Assembly (NCBI GenBank): GCA_041500405.1
Contig: JBGQMB010000022.1
Coordinates: 1 to 15,866 of the forward strand
Direction of reading: 5' to 3'
Length of the DNA stretch: 15,866 nucleotides
From: Candidatus Micrarchaeia archaeon
GTDB lineage: Archaea > Micrarchaeota > Micrarchaeia > Anstonellales > J096
The translations under genes were made by a program, and so were the position numbers. A model generated the notes under the pieces. That model saw nothing but the letters and a program-made list of their open reading frames with translations. It searched no databases and was not told the DNA's origin. Of this stretch, positions 6,810 through 15,496 are shown one piece after another (position 1 is the first letter of the stretch; every line of letters starts with the position of its first letter).

Positions 6810-8168
6810 TCATATCAGCCTCGAAAGGTTGGACACGTCTATTTCCTCGCCGAGCGTGGACGACATGTACTTGACCCCGTTTATCAGGATTATGCTTACT
6901 ATGAGGGGATATATTGTGCCTCCGAAGCACAGCACCCCTCCGCCCGAGGAAAGCACCATTATCTGGAAAACTACTGCAATGGAGGATAAAAGCATGGAGA
7001 AAAGCTTTGCAATGAACCACGGCTCGTTGGCCACGCTCGCCGTTGTCTCATAACGTGTCCCGCCGTCTGGTGTTTCAGCTGTTGCCTCATTGAGATGGGT
7101 ATCCTGCAATGACGCCGTCTCGGCATTGGCCATGGACAGCGCCGCAAACCTGCCCGAAAGCTCGCTCATGCCGTTTTCCAAGATATGGGTGTTCGCGCAT
7201 ATTTCCGTGCCTGGCACCTTAAAACAGCCTTGCTGAAGGCCGGCTGAGCCGCTTATGTCATAGTAAAACGGGAAATAGCCCTTTGCTATCACGCTATGCC
7301 CTATGGCGAACATGAACGGCACAAGGATGCCCATTCCGAACGTGAGCGCTATGATGGTTCCGCCTATGCGGCGCGTGGGCGGGAAGAAACGCAACACCAG
7401 GCCCAGCGGAAGCAGATATACCATGAAGCCATATGTTACAAATTCGTGAAGATATGCCATCAACGATGCCAGCGCGGATGTGACAACAATCGCCATGCCG
7501 GCGGTTGACGACGTTCCGAGCGTGGCATCCTCGCTTGCGGCCCCGAACCCCCCTGCGGACTGCACAAACACATTTTGGACCACCTGTATCCTGAGTATCA
7601 GGTTCTGGCCAACGGCATTGACAAGGTAAAGGCCGATGCTGAACGGCGTTAGGGATGCCAAGATGTCCTTTGGATAGGCAAATGCGGCCTCGTATGTCGT
7701 GGTTCCGGGCTCAAACACGTTGTAGCACCCTATTACCTTCATCATCGGAAGAAGGATTATGAGGACCACGAATATGGTTATGCCCATCTCAAGCAGCTCG
7801 TTCTTGGCATATTCAACCCATTTCTTGTTGTCCATTATCTTCCCGAGGATGAAAACGAACGCAAGGAACATCGCGCCGGCAACGGCCGCAAGCGCAGAAA
7901 GCGAGAAAATCTCGGCCTTAAACACAACGGTGTCAAGAAGAGAATTTCCGGTGGAGGCGCACATCGCATCATTCATGAGCGCATGCCCAGGGAGAGGAAG
8001 CACTGATGCCGCCACAGTAGACATTATTTTGTCCATAAGGCTTGCATATGCATCGGACACTATGCCAAAAGAGCCGGAGCCAAATGGGTCCGCCTGCGCG
8101 AATGCCGCGCATGCCATAGCCAGGAAAACCGCCGACGCCACAAGCCACTTTCCCTTTGCCATCATCAT
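6810..8168 (-). CDS. Polytopic membrane protein, paralog 5 of 6, with signal peptide
   Basis: Signal peptide ending AFA|Q. Motifs FILGKIMDNKKWVEYAKNELLE, LPLGLVLRFFPPTRRIGGTIIAL...VP and C-terminal LGEEIDVSNLSRLI. TGATG overlap with the upstream gene; alternative start GTG 8171. Confidence 0.8.
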   Translation of the reverse strand: MMMAKGKWLVASAVFLAMACAAFAQADPFGSGSFGIVSDAYASLMDKIMSTVAASVLPLPGHALMNDAMCASTGNSLLDTVVFKAEIFSLSALAAVAGAMFLAFVFILGKIMDNKKWVEYAKNELLEMGITIFVVLIILLPMMKVIGCYNVFEPGTTTYEAAFAYPKDILASLTPFSIGLYLVNAVGQNLILRIQVVQNVFVQSAGGFGAASEDATLGTSSTAGMAIVVTSALASLMAYLHEFVTYGFMVYLLPLGLVLRFFPPTRRIGGTIIALTFGMGILVPFMFAIGHSVIAKGYFPFYYDISGSAGLQQGCFKVPGTEICANTHILENGMSELSGRFAALSMANAETASLQDTHLNEATAETPDGGTRYETTASVANEPWFIAKLFSMLLSSIAVVFQIMVLSSGGGVLCFGGTIYPLIVSIILINGVKYMSSTLGEEIDVSNLSRLI

Positions 8169-9481
8169 CACAGTATCTTCATGAATGCGCTCAGCTCTAT
8201 CTGCGTCCCCAGTATCCCGGACAGCTCCCTTGCGAACATGAGAGTCGCGAATATGTCAATGGCTGTCAATATCATGCCGTAAAGCGCTATCAGCTTGACC
8301 AGGAAAAGGATTACCCCGTACGTGCCCTGGAACAGCGTTGTTGCCATGAACGTGACGTATGCCAGCACCCAGAATGACGAGTATTTGGACATTACTGTCA
8401 CAAGGTTGACCATCCCCCCTGTCGCTTTTGCGAACCATGCGGAGATGGCCGGCATGTTCTTGGTGAAAAAGTCTGGCATGCCGGATTTCACAAGCGGCAC
8501 GACAGCGGCCGTGCCCCCCAAGGTCATTTTCAGCATAAGCGGTATGGCCGCGAACTTCATGTACATTGCCGCGGAACTGAGCACATTTGTGGAAAATGTT
8601 TCTGAATCAAGCCCCATGTCCACGTTGAATATGGCATAGTTCATTGTGAGCATTATGGGATAGAAGAAATGCAATGCTATGCAGAGCGCAATTATGCCGT
8701 TGCCCGCGCCTTTGCCTATGCCGAACCCCCTAAGGAAGAACCCGAGCGGGAGCATCACGTAGAACATTGACGAGCGGACGAAGCACAGCAGGCCCAGCTT
8801 CGTTATGAATTCCCCGACAACGAGGTTGGAGTATGTGCTCAATATGGTCACGAGCGTTACCACGGGGCTCAGTATCTTGTCAAGGCTTATGCTCATCATC
8901 CTGCTCCCGACCTGGGACAGGACGTCAAGCGGTATGGTGATATTCATCATGAAGTGCATCATCCAGTTCATGACCATCATGAAAAAGTAGCTGTTTACAG
9001 TCAGCGAAATCACCGTAGAGACATATTCCATGCCCCTTAGCAGGGGTATATAGTCCGGCCCGCCGGACCCGAAATACGCTAGCGCAATGAGCACTATGAT
9101 GATTATGCTGACCAGCGAGTCCGTTATCTTGAGCGAGATGAAGCTGGATGGCTGGACGCCTGACGTGTCCTTGCGCAGCATCTTGCCGATGAAATACAGG
9201 ATGACGGAAAGCAGGAAAGACACCAAAACCGCCATTATCGAGGACTGCACCAGCGAAAGGCTATACCAATCCGAAATGCCTCCATAAGAGGCTGCGGGCG
9301 TGCACATGCCTATCGAGCCCGCCAAAACGATGAATGTGCTTTTGCCGATATAGTTGTCTATCACGCTCTGGAATAGGTGGGATATGAAATTATCCGAGTC
9401 TTCCGCTGCCGCCTCCTGCGCAAAGGCTGCGCAGGCCGCGAAAAGCGCGAACGCAACCAAGACAATTCCCTTTTTCATCAT
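8168..9481 (-). CDS. Polytopic membrane protein, paralog 4 of 6, with signal peptide
   Basis: Signal peptide ending AFA|Q. Motifs LPLGFFLRGFGIGKGAGNGIIAL...YP and C-terminal LGTQIELSAFMKIL. ATGA overlap with the upstream gene. Confidence 0.8.
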   Translation of the reverse strand: MMKKGIVLVAFALFAACAAFAQEAAAEDSDNFISHLFQSVIDNYIGKSTFIVLAGSIGMCTPAASYGGISDWYSLSLVQSSIMAVLVSFLLSVILYFIGKMLRKDTSGVQPSSFISLKITDSLVSIIIIVLIALAYFGSGGPDYIPLLRGMEYVSTVISLTVNSYFFMMVMNWMMHFMMNITIPLDVLSQVGSRMMSISLDKILSPVVTLVTILSTYSNLVVGEFITKLGLLCFVRSSMFYVMLPLGFFLRGFGIGKGAGNGIIALCIALHFFYPIMLTMNYAIFNVDMGLDSETFSTNVLSSAAMYMKFAAIPLMLKMTLGGTAAVVPLVKSGMPDFFTKNMPAISAWFAKATGGMVNLVTVMSKYSSFWVLAYVTFMATTLFQGTYGVILFLVKLIALYGMILTAIDIFATLMFARELSGILGTQIELSAFMKIL

Positions 9482-10833
9482 ATCAGCCTCGTAAGCCCTG
9501 CCAGCTCAACGTCTCCGCCGAGCAGCGGGGAAAGCCCCTTTATGGCGCCTATCAGCGCAACAGCGACAATGTACAGCACAAGCCCCATAAATATCCATAC
9601 ATTTGTCAGCTCGTCAACCAGGATGAACACCAGCGGGCTTATGTGCGTCTGGGTTATCTGCGTGTTGTCGTTTGTCCTGAAATCAAAGCTGAGAAAGGCT
9701 TGCGCGGTGTTCGGGAATATGAAGCCGGCTGCCATGACCAGCGATGTGTACGCGCCGGCAACCATGCTCGCCGCCATCGCTATGGTCTTTCCCGTGAGCG
9801 TTTTTCCGGCGTCCGAAAGCATGCCATTCAGCACGTCCTGCAAAAGGCTGTTGGAGCTGCTGTCAGTGATGACATTTTCTTTGTTTATGTCAACGCCTCT
9901 GCTCGCAAACTCGCTGTTGACTGTGGAAATGCCGGAGTCCATGTTCACAAGCGCGGTTTCGAATGGATTGCCTGTCTGCGTGTCCCTGAAAATGTTGTCA
10001 ATCTTGCCAACGTCTCCGTTGAAGTCATACACGTCAATGTCCGTCGGGACAAACCTGCTGATGCGGAATTCCTTCCCGTCGTCTGAATACTTGTTGTTTT
10101 CGGCGACAGGCAGGCTCAGGTATATCGCGTCGGCCACGGACAGCATGAACGGCAGGAAATAGTACGACGCAAGCGCTATTGCTATGAACAGGCCGCCGAG
10201 CTGTCTCGTGGCAGGCACTATCCTAAGCAGGAAACCAAGCGTCAGCATCGGAAGGAACCCGAAAACAAGGAAACGGTAAAGGGCAAGGAACCCCCCGCAC
10301 ACCATCATCGTCGTTGACAGAAGGCCGGATACGAACTTAAGCATTTCCAAAGCCGGCACAGTGAACGCATACACAAGGCTGTTGCTTATTTTCGTCCCGG
10401 ATGCCGCGACAACCCCTTGGCCTGCCGAAGAGAACATGGACTTGGCCAGCGAAAGGTAGAAGCTCATCCTAAGCAGGTTCTGCTGGATGTCGAGCGTCTC
10501 CTCCGTCAGGCTCCTAAGATAGGCTTCGCCCACAACGATGTGGCACATGCTGTCATCGACAATGGCGTTCCCGCACAGTTTTTCGTACCTTATCGGGTCC
10601 ACATCATGCACCATCGATGCAATAAGAAGCGGCTCCAGCAGCAAAAGGACGATGAGCAGGAGGAACGGCAGCGCCATCTGCGCGATTTCCTGCCTTGCCC
10701 ACGCCTCCATCTTCTTGTTTTCGAAGAATCTGGAGAGCATGAAGAATATCGCGGCCAGCGCGACCCCTATCCCCACCAAGATTGCGGTATATGGGAGAAT
10801 ATTGGAATGCAGCGTTTCTATTGGATTTATCAT
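9478..10833 (-). CDS. Polytopic membrane protein, paralog 3 of 6
   Basis: Motifs FFMLSRFFENKKMEAWARQEIAQ, LTLGFLLRIVPATRQLGGLFIAI...LP and C-terminal LGGDVELAGLTRLI. Large Asp/Asn-rich loop. ATGA overlap with the upstream gene. Confidence 0.8.
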   Translation of the reverse strand: MINPIETLHSNILPYTAILVGIGVALAAIFFMLSRFFENKKMEAWARQEIAQMALPFLLLIVLLLLEPLLIASMVHDVDPIRYEKLCGNAIVDDSMCHIVVGEAYLRSLTEETLDIQQNLLRMSFYLSLAKSMFSSAGQGVVAASGTKISNSLVYAFTVPALEMLKFVSGLLSTTMMVCGGFLALYRFLVFGFLPMLTLGFLLRIVPATRQLGGLFIAIALASYYFLPFMLSVADAIYLSLPVAENNKYSDDGKEFRISRFVPTDIDVYDFNGDVGKIDNIFRDTQTGNPFETALVNMDSGISTVNSEFASRGVDINKENVITDSSSNSLLQDVLNGMLSDAGKTLTGKTIAMAASMVAGAYTSLVMAAGFIFPNTAQAFLSFDFRTNDNTQITQTHISPLVFILVDELTNVWIFMGLVLYIVAVALIGAIKGLSPLLGGDVELAGLTRLI

Positions 10834-11993
10834 AGCAGCACCCCCGTCTCAGATATGCTGAAATTCAGCTGTTTTGAGATTGCTGTCGTGAAAGACAGCC
10901 CCAGCATGAACGCAAACGTCGGTATAATCAATCCTGCGATGACGAACGCCCCCAAGTGCGAGGCCGGAATGAGGACAGAGAATATCGCAAATGCCATCTG
11001 TATGCTGAAAATCCAGCTCATTGCCGCGACCCCCACATTAGAAAGCACCTTGAATCCCGGGCTATTGGCGAGGTTTTGGATCCAGCCGAGCTTGCTGAAC
11101 GCAGTGCCCACGCCTACCGTGTTAAGTATGTCCTTCGCGAAGCTTGCGCCGACCGTTATGGCAAGCGGCGCCATTATGACATATGCCGTGCCGAAGTATG
11201 CCGCTTCCGCCTCCAGCTTCCATTCCGTCTCCGAAATGTCGGTCCTCAGCACGCCAGGGACCTTGTGCTGGTATTCTATGTCATCAATCGCCCTCATCAT
11301 GAGAAGGTACGCGACCGGCATCATTATGCCCATGCCTATGGCTATTGCTATCAGCTCGTTGCCGAAGCTGCGCAGGAACGGCACAAAGCGGAAAAGGATG
11401 CCAAGCGGAATCAGCAGGTTGTATGCAAGCGCGCCTATGATGTCCAAGCCTATTACCTGCGCCGCAAGCGTCGGGGCTATCATGGAATAAAGATAGATAA
11501 GCGTGTCAAGGCCCTTGATGTACATGCCTATGCCCGGGAATGCGGGCAGGGTGTAGCCGAGCGATTTCGGCCCTGTGGAGATTTTATCTGATCCTGAATA
11601 CAGCAGCAGGAGGAACTTGGTCTTCAGGAGGTTAATTTCCATCGGTATCAGGCGGTAATACAGCACATGGCTCAGCTTGGACGATATTGCGCCGGTCAAT
11701 GAAAGCTGCTCCCCTGTTATATCTCCGGAAGAGACGGACGGAAGGCCCGCTATGCTGTTTGTGTTGAGCCAGGCATAGGCAACGCTAAGCAGGGCGCTGT
11801 AAACCACGAACATTGTGACAAAGATTATGGCGTTCATCACGTATTCCGAGGTTTCCATGCTTGCCCAGGCTTCAAGGTCCTTGTTGCCGGACGATTTTCC
11901 AAGCATCCTTGCCAGCACGATTGCGACCAGCATGATTCCAAACACTAGCCCCACATAGGGATTGAGCAGGCCGTAGCCAAGCAGGAGCGCCAT
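10830..11993 (-). CDS. Polytopic membrane protein, paralog 2 of 6
   Basis: Motifs ARMLGKSSGNKDLEAWASMETSE and IPLGILFRFVPFLRSFGNELIAIAIG...MP. Starts 1 nt after the upstream stop. Confidence 0.8.
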   Translation of the reverse strand: MALLLGYGLLNPYVGLVFGIMLVAIVLARMLGKSSGNKDLEAWASMETSEYVMNAIIFVTMFVVYSALLSVAYAWLNTNSIAGLPSVSSGDITGEQLSLTGAISSKLSHVLYYRLIPMEINLLKTKFLLLLYSGSDKISTGPKSLGYTLPAFPGIGMYIKGLDTLIYLYSMIAPTLAAQVIGLDIIGALAYNLLIPLGILFRFVPFLRSFGNELIAIAIGMGIMMPVAYLLMMRAIDDIEYQHKVPGVLRTDISETEWKLEAEAAYFGTAYVIMAPLAITVGASFAKDILNTVGVGTAFSKLGWIQNLANSPGFKVLSNVGVAAMSWIFSIQMAFAIFSVLIPASHLGAFVIAGLIIPTFAFMLGLSFTTAISKQLNFSISETGVLL

Positions 11994-11994
11994 C

Positions 11995-13332
11995 TTAGAG
12001 CACCTTCGTGAGACCCAAAAGGCTCTTGTCGCCCGCCAAAACGTCCGCCAAAATCCTGTATGAAGTTACGCATATCAGCAGGTCCACAACAGTTGTGAAC
12101 ACCAGCAGCCCAAGCTGGTTCATCATTATGGTGCCCTGCACCATCACGCTGTTGAACGCGAATGATATCAGCGCGAACCAGCTTATCGAAGTCAGCATCA
12201 TAAGCCCTGCTATTATATTGACCAGGAACTGGCCCGCTATCATGACAACGGGCGCCTCTCCCAACAAAAATGTGAGCGCGAAGTTTATGCCGCCTGCTAT
12301 AGACGAGTACCCTATGGACTTGCCAACAAGCACGCCAAGGTACTTGCCTGGCGCAAGGAAAAGCTCCCTGCTTTCCAAATCGGCCATTGATACGGATGCT
12401 TTTGCGCTCCCTTCGCCAAGGTTCGCGACCGTGGTTTCATCCGGGATGTCGATGTTGGAGGTTGTGGATGCCGAAGCGGCGTCTGAAACCATGCCGCCGC
12501 CATAGGCCCTTTCAAGGTTGCCTGTGCTGAATGCGGAATAGTAGGACGACGGGTCCATGGTATTTGACGTTATGTCCGCATATGTTATTGCCGGCACAAA
12601 GCTTGCGACGTACGAGCCGAACGCAACCGAAAGGGGATACACGAAATAAAGGACCAGGGAAAGCGCAATAAGGCTTGAGCCGGTCCTCTTGGTTATGTAA
12701 AGCCCCCTCAGGAACAGGCCTAAGGGGAAAATGAGCGTCATTGCAGGGAGGGCAAAGTCCAGTATCGACTTCCTGAGGATTGTGACCAGCATCACGTCTA
12801 TGCATGTCCTTATCAGGGTGTTGTAGATGCCGTTTATCATCCCGAACATCTCGTCTGTTGAAACGTTTATGCTGATTGAGCCTAGCGCAATTGAGGAAAC
12901 CCCTCCCCCTGTCAGCATCAGCGGAATCTGCACGCTTGTCATCTGGACTATGGTCTGAATCACAAATTCGCTCAAAATCATGCTCGTGTAAAGCGACTGC
13001 GCCTTTGAGAAATAGTCTGCCATTATGACGTTTGCCAGCTTTATGTGCGGCATTGCCGCTGCCGCGGAATTGCTTGCGTCCAGGCCCACAAGGGAGTAAA
13101 TGACGACCTCAAACAGCGCATTGCCAACTAAGATGAAGACGAATATTGCGATTGTCTCGAAAACCGTGAAAAGGACCGCTTTTGCCCTTGACTCCGTTAT
13201 CCTGTCATTCAGGATTTTCGCGTACATGTAGTATATCAGCGCAAAGAAAAACCCAATCCCGAAGCTTGCCCCAAGGAACAACAGGGTATCATGTTGGAAC
13301 ATTATGCTTGAAAACGTTGGGACGTCGCTCAT
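11995..13332 (-). CDS. Polytopic membrane protein, paralog 1 of 6
   Basis: Motifs YYMYAKILNDRITESRAKAVL, FPLGLFLRGLYITKRTGSSLIAL...YP and C-terminal LAGDKSLLGLTKVL. AAAGGT RBS-like element upstream. Confidence 0.8.
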   Translation of the reverse strand: MSDVPTFSSIMFQHDTLLFLGASFGIGFFFALIYYMYAKILNDRITESRAKAVLFTVFETIAIFVFILVGNALFEVVIYSLVGLDASNSAAAAMPHIKLANVIMADYFSKAQSLYTSMILSEFVIQTIVQMTSVQIPLMLTGGGVSSIALGSISINVSTDEMFGMINGIYNTLIRTCIDVMLVTILRKSILDFALPAMTLIFPLGLFLRGLYITKRTGSSLIALSLVLYFVYPLSVAFGSYVASFVPAITYADITSNTMDPSSYYSAFSTGNLERAYGGGMVSDAASASTTSNIDIPDETTVANLGEGSAKASVSMADLESRELFLAPGKYLGVLVGKSIGYSSIAGGINFALTFLLGEAPVVMIAGQFLVNIIAGLMMLTSISWFALISFAFNSVMVQGTIMMNQLGLLVFTTVVDLLICVTSYRILADVLAGDKSLLGLTKVL

Positions 13333-13342
13333 CGGTATACCT

Positions 13343-13366
13343 TTAAATATTTTATAAATAAAGCTT
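13343..13366 (-). promoter_or_regulatory. AT-rich promoter with TATA box for the six-gene membrane operon
   Basis: Minus strand AGCTTTATTTATAAAATATTTAA, with TTTATAAA at 13351-13358, shortly upstream of ATG 13332. Confidence 0.6.
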
Positions 13367-13389
13367 ATTAAAGGTTGTGGTGTGCCGGC

Positions 13390-13650
13390 TCATTTTATGA
13401 CGAAGTCCGGCTCTATCTTTCTCCAATCGCTGTGCATGAAATGCCATAGCTGTTTTGAAAGGGAATCGTAGACCAGGCTGGTCTTTGCCGCGTATTCCGT
13501 TGGCCTGTCTATTTCCACCAGCGGATAGCGGTACGTCCACTTTATCCTTTCCCTGAAAGGGTTGCGCTCCACCAGTGCAAGCCTTTTTTCCTGTGCCTTC
13601 CTCTTTTCGCACCAGGAAACTATCTCGTCTATCTCAGCCTTTGTTGGCAT
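13390..13650 (-). CDS. Small soluble hypothetical protein (86 aa)
   Basis: MPTKAEIDEIVSWCEK...DWRKIEPDFVIK. GGAGGGA RBS before ATG 13650, short overlap with the dUTPase stop, and a globular-looking sequence. Confidence 0.7.
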   Translation of the reverse strand: MPTKAEIDEIVSWCEKRKAQEKRLALVERNPFRERIKWTYRYPLVEIDRPTEYAAKTSLVYDSLSKQLWHFMHSDWRKIEPDFVIK

Positions 13651-14155
13651 GGGAAGTCCCTCCCTTCTGCTCAAGGTTCTTGTAAACGCCCTCGTAAAGC
13701 TTTTCAGCCGCGCTTTCCATCCTCAGGAAATAGATTTGGCCTACCCGTGCGTGCTCCTTGAGCCTTATCCCGGACGGGTTTTCAACAACAAGAAGCATCT
13801 CGACCTTTCCCTCGAAGCCAGGGTCCCAGAGCCCTGTTATGAGATAGGCCCCGTTCCTTATCAGCGTTGTCCTTGTCAGGCAGAATCCTGCAGCGTCCGC
13901 AGGCACCTTGAACCTCTCGTTGAGCGTGATTTTGTACGCGCCTTTTTTCAGCTCAAGCCAGCTGTCCCTGAAATCAATCTTTTTGCAGTCCGCCATCTTC
14001 CTTTCCTTGTTGTCAAAGTCAACCGCGCCCTGCGAAAGGAACTCGTAAACCGACTCAAGCGTCAGGTCAAACCCGGCCTGCTGCCTTTGGACATTCGCGT
14101 CCCTCATGTTGTGGATTATGCCGTGCTCCTCCACCTTTTTAGTGGTGATTATCAT
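13634..14155 (-). CDS. dut: Trimeric dUTPase (dUTPase/dCTP deaminase superfamily, archaeal type)
   Basis: Motifs AGFDL, RTTLIRNG, GLWDPGFEG, RVGQIYF and YEGVY. No dCTP-deaminase-type TLE glutamate motif is evident. Confidence 0.82.
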   Translation of the reverse strand: MIITTKKVEEHGIIHNMRDANVQRQQAGFDLTLESVYEFLSQGAVDFDNKERKMADCKKIDFRDSWLELKKGAYKITLNERFKVPADAAGFCLTRTTLIRNGAYLITGLWDPGFEGKVEMLLVVENPSGIRLKEHARVGQIYFLRMESAAEKLYEGVYKNLEQKGGTSHANKG

Positions 14156-14613
14156 AGCTCATCACGGGCGTAGAAGACATCGTCCGTAATCCTTTTGTAC
14201 GCGAATATCTCGTCCGCCTTGAAGAACCTCTTTATCTCCTTTTCGGCTGTTTCCGCGCTGTCGCTTGCGTGCGCGAGGTTCTTTTGCTGGCTTATTGAGA
14301 AGTCGCCCCTTATTGTTCCGGGTTCCGCCTCCCTGCCGTTGGTCTTGCCGAGCATCTTCCTTACGACGTTCACGGCATCCTTGCCCTCCAATATCATCGC
14401 TATCATGGGCTTTGCCGTCATGTATTCCTCGATGTTCGGGTAAAACGGCTTGCTGGCAAGATGCGCGTAGTGCTCCTTTGACATCTCCTTTGACATCCTG
14501 AGCATCTTGAGCGCCACGACCTTGAATCCCTTCTTTTCGAAGATTGATGCGACCTCGAACGCGAGCCCCCTGTCTATTGCATCGGGCTTTATCAGAATTA
14601 CAGTCCTTTCCAT
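14152..14613 (-). CDS. ndk: Nucleoside diphosphate kinase
   Basis: MERTVILIKPDA, EHYAHL..KPFY, PGTIRGDF and the catalytic His in NLAHASDS. Confidence 0.98.
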   Translation of the reverse strand: MERTVILIKPDAIDRGLAFEVASIFEKKGFKVVALKMLRMSKEMSKEHYAHLASKPFYPNIEEYMTAKPMIAMILEGKDAVNVVRKMLGKTNGREAEPGTIRGDFSISQQKNLAHASDSAETAEKEIKRFFKADEIFAYKRITDDVFYARDEL

Positions 14614-14618
14614 TGGAA

Positions 14619-14825
14619 TCAGCCCTTTTCAGCCTTTTTTCCCTTGTTTATTTCCCTGAACTCCTTGTACGCCCTTGTCCATTTTGTCTTGATTCCGGAG
14701 CGTTTCAGCTTCAGGTGGTTGCGCTTGCATTTTGAGGAGCAGAATGCCATTGTGCTTCCGTCCACCTTGATGAAAAGCACGCCCGTGCCCTTCTTCAATT
14801 CATTGCCGCAGAATATGCACTTCAT
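14619..14825 (-). CDS. rpl24e: 50S ribosomal protein L24e
   Basis: MKCIFCG...GTG.LF...DG....FCSSKC.......R......WT. GAGGAG RBS before ATG 14825. Confidence 0.97.
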   Translation of the reverse strand: MKCIFCGNELKKGTGVLFIKVDGSTMAFCSSKCKRNHLKLKRSGIKTKWTRAYKEFREINKGKKAEKG

Positions 14826-14827
14826 GG

Positions 14828-15046
14828 TCATCTCCTCGCCCTAATCTCCTTGGCTTCCCTTTCGGTCTCCCTAAGGACAATGAGCATGCCGTTGAAAACA
14901 GGCCCCTTTACGTTCCTCAGGATTACCCTTCCCTTGTCAGGGCCGTCAAGGACCTTAGTGAGACATTGATAAATCTCGCCGTAGACCCCGGTCTTTCCCT
15001 TGACTTCCACGATTTCCGCGAGGAAGCCAACGTCTTCGCCCGCCAT
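14828..15046 (-). CDS. rps28e: 30S ribosomal protein S28e
   Basis: G.TGVYGE..Q...KVL.G.DKGRVI.RNVKGPV..G....LRETEREA. AAGGTGA RBS before ATG 15046. Confidence 0.97.
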   Translation of the reverse strand: MAGEDVGFLAEIVEVKGKTGVYGEIYQCLTKVLDGPDKGRVILRNVKGPVFNGMLIVLRETEREAKEIRARR

Positions 15047-15048
15047 AG

Positions 15049-15417
15049 TCACTCACCTTTCTTCTCGGGCTTAGGCAACCTTTTGCTTATGCTTGAGAGA
15101 AGGTCGTTTCCTGACCCGGCCTCTACGACTGCTATTGATGAGCATCCGACCTTGATTCCGGAAGCCTCGCCGAGCTCCTTTTTCGTGTTCACGTGGCCGA
15201 AGGAAATCCCCTTCTCCGCGCAGAGCTTTGGCAGGTGCATCACGACCTCGGGCGGCGTCACGTCCTGTGCGATGACAACAACCTTGGCGATGCCCCTTTC
15301 GATGGCTTTCGTTACCTCGTTCACGCCCCTCCTGACCTTTCCGGTGCCGGAGGCTACTTTCACTAACTCGAGCAAATCCTTTTTCACTTCCTCTGGTGTT
15401 TCATATTTTTCTGCCAT
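15049..15417 (-). CDS. rpl7ae: 50S ribosomal protein L7Ae (also core protein of box C/D and H/ACA sRNPs)
   Basis: GKVRRGVNEVTKAIERGIAKVVVIAQDVTPPEVVMHLPKLCAEKGI...KKELGEASGI. ATG 15417 follows the GAAGGTGG RBS. Confidence 0.98.
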   Translation of the reverse strand: MAEKYETPEEVKKDLLELVKVASGTGKVRRGVNEVTKAIERGIAKVVVIAQDVTPPEVVMHLPKLCAEKGISFGHVNTKKELGEASGIKVGCSSIAVVEAGSGNDLLSSISKRLPKPEKKGE

Positions 15418-15468
15418 TTCATCCACCTTCCTTCATAGGAATGAGTGGATAAGGGATGTTGGGAAACG

Positions 15469-15476
15469 TTTAAATA
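15469..15476 (-). promoter_or_regulatory. TATA box of the rpl7ae operon
   Basis: TATTTAAA on the minus strand, predicting a TSS near 15445-15450. Confidence 0.6.
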
Positions 15477-15496
15477 GCTATTGCCTTGGGCGGCTT

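Noticed and set aside
8160..8171. ATGATGATG run resembling box C
   Set aside because: It is explained by the stop/start overlap and tandem Met codons, and I saw no properly spaced D'/C'/D boxes.
9377..12505. Long plus-strand ORFs (9377-10162, 10417-11490, 10956-11591, 12008-12505)
   Set aside because: They are antisense shadows of the membrane-protein genes and have no recognisable motifs.
5741..13332. Complete conjugative T4SS or integrated plasmid
   Set aside because: No Walker-motif ATPase, relaxase, integrase or att sites are present in the window, and composition and codon style match the housekeeping genes.
13634..14155. dCTP deaminase assignment
   Set aside because: The length and motifs fit archaeal dUTPase better, and the deaminase catalytic Glu motif is not evident. 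It is not fully excluded.
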